From Candidatus Nanopelagicales bacterium (GTDB taxonomy: Bacteria; Actinomycetota; Actinomycetes; S36-B12), in NCBI GenBank assembly GCA_032117355.1, contig JAULZL010000489.1, positions 1 to 36,151 of the forward strand: a stretch of 36,151 nucleotides of DNA, read 5' to 3'. This document shows, one piece after another, positions 29,082-36,151 of this stretch. A program made the position numbers and the translations under genes. A model generated the notes under the pieces. It saw only the letters and a program-made list of their open reading frames with translations. It did not search any database and was not told where the DNA came from. How positions within the stretch are numbered: the stretch's first letter is position 1; each line of letters starts with the position of its first letter.

Positions 29082-31756
29082 TGGACTCCGCCGAGATCAG
29101 AAGCAGGTTTCTGCGGTACTTCGCTGACCGAGGCCATCAGGTCGTCCCGTCCGCCTCCCTCCTGCTCGACGATCCGACCCTGCTCTTCGTGAACGCGGGG
29201 ATGGTCCCGTTCAAGCCCTACTTCCTCGGTGAGGCACCGCCGCCATACCCGCGGGCAACCAGCGTGCAGAAGGTGGTCCGCACCCTGGATATCGAAGAGG
29301 TCGGCAAGACCACCCGGCATGCATCCTTCTTCCAGATGGCTGGCAACTTCTCCTTCGGCGACTACTTCAAGGAGGAGGCGATTCCCTTCGCCTGGGAGCT
29401 CCTCACCAGGTCAGTTTCCGATGGCGGGTACGGCTTCCCGGAGGACCGGCTGTGGGCAACGGTCTACGAGGACGACGACGAGGCAATTGAGATCTGGCAT
29501 ACGCGGGCCGGGCTTCCATACGAGCGAATTCAACGACGCGGGCCCAAGGACAACTACTGGTCCATGGGTGTTCCCGGCCCGGGTGGCCCCTGCTCGGAGA
29601 TCTACTACGACCGGGGAGCGCAGTACGGACGTGAGGGCGGACCGGTCGTAGACGAGGACCGCTACCTCGAGGTCTGGAACCTGGTTTTCATGCAGGACGA
29701 ACTCTCGCAGGTCCGGTCCAAGGAGGATTTCGACATCCGCCGACCCCTCCCGGCGAAGAACATCGACACCGGCATGGGGCTGGAGCGGATGGCTGCCCTC
29801 CTGCAGGGAGTCGACAACATCTACGAGATCGACACCACGCGTGGCATCCTCGACCGCGCATGCGCCCTGTCGGGTGCCGTCTATGGCCGGAACGAACGCG
29901 ATGACGTTGCGTTGCGGGTGGTTGCCGACCACGCCCGGACGTGCGTGTTCCTGATCGGTGACGGTGTCCTGCCCGGCAATGAGGGCCGGGGCTACGTACT
30001 CCGTCGACTGATGCGGCGTGTTATCCGAATGATGCGCCTGCTTGGCGCGCACGAGCAGACGATGGCCGAGTTGGTCGACAGCACCGTGCTCACCATGGCA
30101 CCCCAGTACCCCGAGCTCAATGACGAGGTGAATCGGATCCGCCAGATCGCCACGGCTGAGGAAGCAACCTTCCTGCAGACCTTGCGAACGGGCACGGTCA
30201 TCTTCGACACGGCAGTGCAGTCCCTCAGGTCATCGGGCCGGACGGTCCTCCCAGGCGAGCAGGCATTCGCCCTCCACGACACCTACGGCTTCCCGATCGA
30301 CCTGACGCTGGAGATGGCAGCCGAGCAGGGCCTTGATGTTGACGCCGACGGCTTCCGAACCCTGATGGCCCAGCAGCGTGAGCGGGCCAAGGCAGACGCG
30401 CGTGAGCGCAAGAGCACGTATGCCGCCACCACCGCCTATCGGGACATCCTCGATAGCGGCGGTTCGACTGAGTTCACCGGCTACCGAGAGTCATCAAGTG
30501 AATCCACCGTCATCGGCCTCGTTCGCGAGGGCGTCTCCGTGCCGGTGGCGCAGGTGGGCGAGCATGTCGAAGTCATCCTCAATCGCACGCCCTTCTACGC
30601 CGAGGCGGGTGGCCAACTGGGGGACCACGGCCGGTTGGTTGCCCAGGACGCAAGCGTGGTGGACGTCTACGACGTCCAGACTCCCGCGCCGGGCCTCTTC
30701 GTTCATCGGGGCCAGGTCACCGCGGGGGAGATCACCGTGGGAACCTCGATGGTTGCCGATGTCGACGTTCAACGTCGACGGGCGATTTCCCGTGCCCACA
30801 CAGCAACCCATCTCATCCATCGTGCCTTCCGGGAACGTCTCGGTGACACCGCCACCCAGATGGGATCGGAGAACGCACCCGGTCGCCTGCGATTCGACTT
30901 TCCCAGCCCTGCGCCCGTCGCGCCCAGTGTCCTTCAGGACGTCGAGGCTCGGGTGAACGAGGTTCTGCTGGAGGATCTGTCGGTTTCCGCTCACCTGATG
31001 TCGCAGGCTGATGCTCGTGCCATGGGCGCCATGGCCCTCTTCGGGGAGAAGTACGGCAATGAGGTTCGCGTCGTGTCGGTCGGCGACTGGGCCCACGAAC
31101 TCTGCGGCGGCACGCACGCGCAGCGATCCGGCCAGCTGGGGGTCGTGACCTTCCTTGGAGAAGGCTCGATTGGTGCTGGCGTGCGACGGGTGGAAGCCCT
31201 GGTCGGTGCTGACGCGTATCAATTCTTGGCCCGTGAGCATGTTCTGGTGTCCCGGCTCACCGACATCCTGAAGGCTCCCGCTGAGGAGCTAGTCGACCGC
31301 GTCGAGCGAACGATCGCCTCCCTGAAGGATGCGGAGCGTGACCTGACTCGATTCAAGTCCGCCCAGCTCACCGCGAGCGTGGAGGGCATTATTGGGGAGG
31401 GCACCGATATCGGACCTGTGCGCTGCTGGGTCTATCAGGCGCCGGAAGGCACCTCCGCTGCCGACCTTCGGGAACTGGCCGCCAAGGCTCGTACGCGCGG
31501 CCGACCGGAGATCCCCGTCGTGCAAATCGGGGGCGCGGTGGCCGAAGGCAAGGCCGCTCTCGTCGTCGTCGCCAACGAAAGGGCCGTAGGGCTGGGCGTG
31601 ACCGCGAAGTTCGTCCTGCAGGCAGCGCTGCCGAGTATCGACGGTAGGGGCGGGGGCAAGGACGACATGGCGCAGGGCGGCGGCACAAATCCCGCGGGCC
31701 TTGACGATGCGCTGCGTGCCGCCGAGGCGGCCATAGCCGCGAAGGTCGGCTCCTAG
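29081..31756 (+). CDS. alaS: Alanine--tRNA ligase
   Basis: DPTLLFVNAGMVPFK, IDTGMGLER, HDTYGFP, editing HTATH and ELCGGTH, C-terminal GRGGG. Confidence 0.98.
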   Translation: MDSAEIRSRFLRYFADRGHQVVPSASLLLDDPTLLFVNAGMVPFKPYFLGEAPPPYPRATSVQKVVRTLDIEEVGKTTRHASFFQMAGNFSFGDYFKEEAIPFAWELLTRSVSDGGYGFPEDRLWATVYEDDDEAIEIWHTRAGLPYERIQRRGPKDNYWSMGVPGPGGPCSEIYYDRGAQYGREGGPVVDEDRYLEVWNLVFMQDELSQVRSKEDFDIRRPLPAKNIDTGMGLERMAALLQGVDNIYEIDTTRGILDRACALSGAVYGRNERDDVALRVVADHARTCVFLIGDGVLPGNEGRGYVLRRLMRRVIRMMRLLGAHEQTMAELVDSTVLTMAPQYPELNDEVNRIRQIATAEEATFLQTLRTGTVIFDTAVQSLRSSGRTVLPGEQAFALHDTYGFPIDLTLEMAAEQGLDVDADGFRTLMAQQRERAKADARERKSTYAATTAYRDILDSGGSTEFTGYRESSSESTVIGLVREGVSVPVAQVGEHVEVILNRTPFYAEAGGQLGDHGRLVAQDASVVDVYDVQTPAPGLFVHRGQVTAGEITVGTSMVADVDVQRRRAISRAHTATHLIHRAFRERLGDTATQMGSENAPGRLRFDFPSPAPVAPSVLQDVEARVNEVLLEDLSVSAHLMSQADARAMGAMALFGEKYGNEVRVVSVGDWAHELCGGTHAQRSGQLGVVTFLGEGSIGAGVRRVEALVGADAYQFLAREHVLVSRLTDILKAPAEELVDRVERTIASLKDAERDLTRFKSAQLTASVEGIIGEGTDIGPVRCWVYQAPEGTSAADLRELAAKARTRGRPEIPVVQIGGAVAEGKAALVVVANERAVGLGVTAKFVLQAALPSIDGRGGGKDDMAQGGGTNPAGLDDALRAAEAAIAAKVGS

Positions 31757-31760
31757 GGGC

Positions 31761-32240
31761 ATGGCCCAGCTGACACGACTCGCCTGCGATGTCGGAAGTG
31801 TGCGGATCGGGCTTGCCCGGTGTGATCCGCGCGGCGTCCTCGCCAGCCCGATGGAGGCGGTCCGCGTTGGCCCGAGGGCGGTCGATGAGGTGGTCGCCCA
31901 GGTGCGCGAGATCGAGGCGACCGAGGTGATCATTGGATTACCGCTGTCCCTCAACGGTACGTATGGGCCTGCTGCCGAGCGGGCTGAGGAGTGGTCACAG
32001 GTGCTGCAGGAGTCGCTCGTGCGAGCCGGCTTGATCGTTCCCGTGCGACTGGTTGACGAACGGTTCACCACGGTTGAGGCCCAGCGAGGGCTCCGTTCCG
32101 CCGGGGAGTCCGTGCGATCCTCGCGGGCTCGAATCGACAGCGCCGCTGCAACAGTTCTCCTGCAGTCGTACCTTGATTCCCAGCGTCCTGACGAAGGGTC
32201 AGGTTCTGCGACGTCGCGTCACGAGGAGGCCCCACGATGA
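31761..32240 (+). CDS. ruvX: RuvX/YqgF-family nuclease
   Basis: DVGSVRIGLA, IGLPLSL, DERFTT, IDSAAA..LLQ. Confidence 0.94.
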   Translation: MAQLTRLACDVGSVRIGLARCDPRGVLASPMEAVRVGPRAVDEVVAQVREIEATEVIIGLPLSLNGTYGPAAERAEEWSQVLQESLVRAGLIVPVRLVDERFTTVEAQRGLRSAGESVRSSRARIDSAAATVLLQSYLDSQRPDEGSGSATSRHEEAPR

Positions 32241-33328
32241 GTCAGGTGCAGCAGTTCCTGAGTGACGGACCACTCCCGCCATCGCCGAGCCGGTCCAGCC
32301 CCGCCAAGTGGATTGCCCTCGTGGTCGCCATCCTTGTATTCATCGGGCTGGCTGGGCTTGCCTTCCTGTCCTTCCGCGGATCCGCGGTGTCGGACGACTT
32401 TGCTGGCCCCGGCTCAGGTGAGGTCGTCATTCAGGTTGATCGAGGGGACTCGCTATCGGCGATCGGTCGCACCCTGCGGGATGCCGGGGTGGTGGCAACC
32501 GCCGATGCCTTCGTCCGGGCTGCGACAGTCAACGAGGGGGCTGCTTCCATCGGTCCTGGTCGCTACACGATGCTCAAGGGGATGAGTGGTGAGCAGGCCG
32601 TCACGCTCATGCTTGATCCCGCATCGCGAGCCGAGAGCAGGCTGGTACTCCCGGAGGGATTGCGACTCGAGCAAACGGTCGAGGCTGCGGCTGACTCCAC
32701 GGGACTTCCGAAGTCCCGCTTCAAGGCGGCCCTCGATCGATCCGAAGATCTCGGGCTTCCGGATTGGGCGGAAGGCCAGCCTGAGGGCTTCATGTTTCCG
32801 GCCAGCTACGACCTGGCCGGCGATGAGACCGCTGACGGAATCCTGCAGGTGCTGGTTTCTCGATTCAATCAGGCGAGTTCTGAGTTGAACCTCGAAGGCA
32901 GGGCCAGTGACCGCGGAATATCGCCCTACGAGGCTCTGGTGATCGCCTCCCTCGTCCAAGCGGAGGGACGTCCCAACGACTTCGCGAAGGTCGCCCGGGT
33001 GGTTTACAACAGGCTCAAAGCCGATATGCCGCTGCAGTTCGATTCCACGGTCGCCTACGGCCTTGGAGTTACCGACATCACCCTGACCAAGGAGCAGTTG
33101 GCCGCAGACACCCCGTACAACACGCATACGAACAAGGGCCTGCCGCCGACCCCCATCAACTCTCCCGGCGAGGCAGCTATCGAGGCGGCACTCGAGCCGG
33201 CAAAGGGTAGGTGGCTCTACTTCGTCACCGTCAATCCCGATACCGGAGAGACGAAGTTTGCCAAGTCCTACGAGGAATTCCTCACCTACAAGAGGGAGTT
33301 CCAGGACTACCTCGCGAGCCAGGGATAG
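32237..33328 (+). CDS. mltG: Endolytic transglycosylase MltG
   Basis: TM anchor, PEG, EGFMFPASY, IASLVQAEG, YNRL, GLPPTPINSPG, WLYFV. Confidence 0.95.
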   Translation: MSQVQQFLSDGPLPPSPSRSSPAKWIALVVAILVFIGLAGLAFLSFRGSAVSDDFAGPGSGEVVIQVDRGDSLSAIGRTLRDAGVVATADAFVRAATVNEGAASIGPGRYTMLKGMSGEQAVTLMLDPASRAESRLVLPEGLRLEQTVEAAADSTGLPKSRFKAALDRSEDLGLPDWAEGQPEGFMFPASYDLAGDETADGILQVLVSRFNQASSELNLEGRASDRGISPYEALVIASLVQAEGRPNDFAKVARVVYNRLKADMPLQFDSTVAYGLGVTDITLTKEQLAADTPYNTHTNKGLPPTPINSPGEAAIEAALEPAKGRWLYFVTVNPDTGETKFAKSYEEFLTYKREFQDYLASQG

Positions 33329-34137
33329 TGGAGTCAGGGCCCGGCTTCAGGCGGGCAGCCGTCCTGGGCTCGCCGATCAGCCACAGCCTGTCGCCGGCAC
33401 TTCACCGGGCCGCTTACTCAACGCTTGGGCTTGACTGGACGTACGAGGCAATCGAGGTTGACGAGCAGAGCATCGCTTCCTTCATGGACTCACTCGACGG
33501 GTCCTGGGCAGGGCTTTCGCTCACCATGCCACTGAAGGAAGTGGTGATCGACCTGCTTGCCGAGGTCGATGAGGTGGCCCGGCGGATCCGTTCGGTGAAC
33601 ACGGTGCTGCCCGGCCCCGATGGCTGGCGCGGAACGAACACCGACGTCTACGGAATGGTCCGGTCACTGCAGGAGGTAGGACTCGCACCCAATCCGCGTA
33701 CCGGCCTGATTCTCGGAGCCGGTGCGACCGCACGCAGCGCTGTCGCCGCGCTCTGCGAGCTTGGCGTTCAGCAGTTGTTCCTCGCGGCACGTCGAGCGGA
33801 GGCAGCGGAGCAGTTGCTCGTGGTCGCCGAGTCATTCGACATCGCCGGGACCATCGTGGGCTGGGATGAGGTCACCATCCCGATCGCTGATGTCACGGTC
33901 AGCACGGTTCCTGGTGACGCGGGAGCCGCATGGGAGGAATACGCCCAACGGGCGTCCGGCGTTCTGCTCGACGCCGCGTATCACCCGTGGCCGACCCCGC
34001 TGGCACGTGCCTGGCACACCAACCGCATTGCCCGAGGACGCGACATGCTGCTCTGGCAGGCGGTGCAGCAGGTCCGACTGATGACCGGCATGACCCCACC
34101 GGTTGACGCCATGCGAGGAGCGCTGCCAGCAGACTGA
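33328..34137 (+). CDS. aroE: Shikimate dehydrogenase
   Basis: LGSPISHSLSPALH, SLTMPLK, SVNT, NTDVYG, GAGATARSA. Start GTG 33328 overlaps the mltG stop. Confidence 0.95.
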   Translation: MESGPGFRRAAVLGSPISHSLSPALHRAAYSTLGLDWTYEAIEVDEQSIASFMDSLDGSWAGLSLTMPLKEVVIDLLAEVDEVARRIRSVNTVLPGPDGWRGTNTDVYGMVRSLQEVGLAPNPRTGLILGAGATARSAVAALCELGVQQLFLAARRAEAAEQLLVVAESFDIAGTIVGWDEVTIPIADVTVSTVPGDAGAAWEEYAQRASGVLLDAAYHPWPTPLARAWHTNRIARGRDMLLWQAVQQVRLMTGMTPPVDAMRGALPAD

Positions 34138-34170
34138 GCCGACTATCGCGTGATCTGGGAGGATGCGCCC

Positions 34171-35349
34171 ATGTTGCGGTGGCTTACGGCCGGAGAATCC
34201 CATGGACCGGCGCTGGTGGCGATTCTCGAGGGGCTGCCAGCGGCGGTAGAGGTCACCACGGATGACATCCAGTGCGACCTCGCCCGCAGGCGACTGGGCA
34301 CTGGCCGCGGGGCGCGGATGAAGTTCGAGAAGGATGCCGTGCGGATCCTGGGGGGCGTCCGGCACGGAAGCACGATGGGTGGGCCGATCGCGATTGAAGT
34401 GGGCAACACCGAATGGCCCAAGTGGGAGCGCGTTATGTCCGCGGACCCAGTGGATGCCGAGGAACTTGCCGCCCTGGCGCGCAATGCTCCGCTGACTCGC
34501 CCGCGACCCGGTCATGCGGACCTCGCCGGCATGCAGAAGTACGGATTCGACGATGCTCGCCCGGTCCTTGAGCGCGCAAGTGCCCGCGAGACAGCCGCTC
34601 GGGTGGCCCTCGGCGCCGTTGCCCGGGCCTTCCTGCGCCAGGCCGCTGGGGTCGAGGTGCTGAGCCACGTTGTCAGCATCGGCACGGCGCAGGCACCGGC
34701 TGGATTGGTACCCGTCCCGCAGGACATTGCGCGAATCGACGAGGACCCGGTTCGATGCCTCGATGAAGGAAGTTCAGCCGCGATGGTTGCCGAAATCGAG
34801 GCAGCCCACCGTGATGGCGACACCCTCGGTGGAGTAGTCGAGGTAGTCGTTCATGGGTTACCACCGGGCCTGGGCAGCCACGTTCACTGGGACCGACGGC
34901 TCGATAGCAAGTTGGCGGCCGCCCTCATGGGCATCCAGGCCATCAAGGGCGTTGAAGTTGGTGACGGCTTCGCCCTTGCGGCGGTGCGTGGCAGCCAGGC
35001 GCAGGACGAGATCGTCCCCGGTGATCATGGAATTGCGCGCACCTCCGGGAAGTCCGGTGGCACCGAGGGCGGCATGTCGACGGGGGAGGTGCTCCGTGTT
35101 CGGGCGGCCATGAAGCCGATCTCCACCATCCCGCGCGCGCTGCGGACCGTTGACGTGTCGACGGGGGAGGCAGCCCCCGCCATCAACCAGCGCTCTGACG
35201 TGTGTGCCGTGCCTGCGGCTGGCGTCGTCGCTGAGGCGATGGTTGCACTGGTCATTGCTGACGCGCTGCTCGAGAAGTTCGGCGGCGACAGCATTACCGA
35301 GACTCGCCGCAACCTGCTGGCGTACCGCGAGAACCTCGTGATCCAGTGA
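34171..35349 (+). CDS. aroC: Chorismate synthase
   Basis: [41 protein letters not shown]. Confidence 0.98.
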   Translation: MLRWLTAGESHGPALVAILEGLPAAVEVTTDDIQCDLARRRLGTGRGARMKFEKDAVRILGGVRHGSTMGGPIAIEVGNTEWPKWERVMSADPVDAEELAALARNAPLTRPRPGHADLAGMQKYGFDDARPVLERASARETAARVALGAVARAFLRQAAGVEVLSHVVSIGTAQAPAGLVPVPQDIARIDEDPVRCLDEGSSAAMVAEIEAAHRDGDTLGGVVEVVVHGLPPGLGSHVHWDRRLDSKLAAALMGIQAIKGVEVGDGFALAAVRGSQAQDEIVPGDHGIARTSGKSGGTEGGMSTGEVLRVRAAMKPISTIPRALRTVDVSTGEAAPAINQRSDVCAVPAAGVVAEAMVALVIADALLEKFGGDSITETRRNLLAYRENLVIQ

Positions 35350-35870
35350 GTCCCCGGCTTGTTCTGGTGGGAGCGCCTGGGGCAGGAAAGTCGACCATCG
35401 GCCGTCAGGTTGCCGCCCGACTCGACCTTGCCTTCGCCGACACGGACCGACTCGTCGAGGACGTCGCGGGGATGTCGGTATCTGACATCTTCGTGACCAT
35501 GGGCGAACCAGAGTTCCGTCGGCTTGAGGAGGAAGCGATCGAGTTGGCGCTCGCTGAAAATGATGGGGTCATCGCCCTCGGTGGTGGTGCCATCCTGAGT
35601 GAGGTGACCAGAGGCCGCCTTGCTTCCCACTTCACCGTGTGGCTGAAGGTAGACCTTTCGGACGCCGCTTCGCGAGTGGGCATGAACACGGCGCGGCCCC
35701 TGCTCCTGGGGAATGTCCGCGGACAACTCGCCAACCTGATGAAACAGCGTGAGGGCTGGTACCGAGAGGTCAGTTCAGCCACCATCGATACATCGGGCAA
35801 GCCGGTGGCCGCAGTGGTTGCCGAGGTGCTGGCTCTTCCGGGGCTGGCTCGGTCCGAGGGCGATGTTTGA
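35346..35870 (+). CDS. aroK: Shikimate kinase
   Basis: [25 protein letters not shown]. Confidence 0.96.
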   Translation: MSPRLVLVGAPGAGKSTIGRQVAARLDLAFADTDRLVEDVAGMSVSDIFVTMGEPEFRRLEEEAIELALAENDGVIALGGGAILSEVTRGRLASHFTVWLKVDLSDAASRVGMNTARPLLLGNVRGQLANLMKQREGWYREVSSATIDTSGKPVAAVVAEVLALPGLARSEGDV

Positions 35871-35891
35871 TGGACGATCTTTGATGGACGA
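35862..35891 (+). repeat. 14-bp tandem duplication at the aroK/aroB junction
   Basis: GATGTTTGATGGAC (35862-35875) / GATCTTTGATGGAC (35876-35889). Confidence 0.88.
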
Positions 35892-36151
35892 GATGTGCCG
35901 CATTGGCGTGCAGGCCGAGCGTGCCTACGACGTTGTTATCGGCCGCGAACTCCACGAAGAACTGCTGCCGCTGCTGGAGGGTTCCGCGAAGGTGGCGGTA
36001 ATCCACCCGCCGATGCTGGCTCGCCGCGCGCAGTCCTTACACCACTTTCTCGGTGACCACGGATTCAGCGTGACGATGATTGCCGTTCCGGATGCCGAGG
36101 ATGCCAAGACCGTCGACGTACTCGCGAGTTGCTGGCAGGCCCTCGGCTCGG
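35884..36151 (+). CDS. aroB: 3-dehydroquinate synthase, N-terminal part (runs off the window; absent from the ORF track)
   Basis: Manual translation gives MDEMCRIGVQAERAYDVVIGRELHEELLPLLEGSAKVAVIHP...VPDAEDAKTVDVLASCWQALGS, with YDVVIG and PDAE.AK motifs; follows aroK. Confidence 0.92.
   Translation, partial: MDEMCRIGVQAERAYDVVIGRELHEELLPLLEGSAKVAVIHPPMLARRAQSLHHFLGDHGFSVTMIAVPDAEDAKTVDVLASCWQALGS

Noticed and set aside
1-36151. Defence system, prophage, integrase, transposon or biosynthetic cluster
   Set aside because: Every long ORF is accounted for by housekeeping or single accessory genes. I saw no mobility genes and no obvious compositional island.

Overview
This is a gene-dense, GC-rich chromosomal segment that looks actinobacterial and is almost entirely core genome. 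The gene order is thrS - HIT - cupin - (EF-G-like, minus strand) - pgsA/patA/pimA PIM-lipid cluster - LemA-like - pdxST - yebC - WS/DGAT - ruvCAB - yajC-secDF - apt - rel - (DUF349, cyclophilin; minus strand) - MBL hydrolase - hisS - aspS - GNAT - rarA - small membrane protein - alaS - ruvX - mltG - aroE-aroC-aroK-aroB (truncated). I see no rRNA, tRNA, CRISPR array, prophage or transposase, and no clearly new multi-gene system. The main departures from the expected backbone are: (i) an intact but eroded EF-G2 paralog with an altered switch II, a shortened domain II and no domain IV tip-loop motifs; (ii) an acireductone-dioxygenase-like cupin with a rearranged metal motif, coupled to thrS-HIT; (iii) a WS/DGAT gene between yebC and ruvC; (iv) a GNAT gene that starts inside aspS; (v) several micro-features (SOS box, back-to-back leaderless promoters, a 14-bp duplication making a 4-codon bridge ORF between aroK and aroB, a 3x14-bp repeat upstream of the alaS operon). 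Family assignments rest on recalled motifs and synteny, not on database searches. Several start codons were re-chosen from the ORF track.
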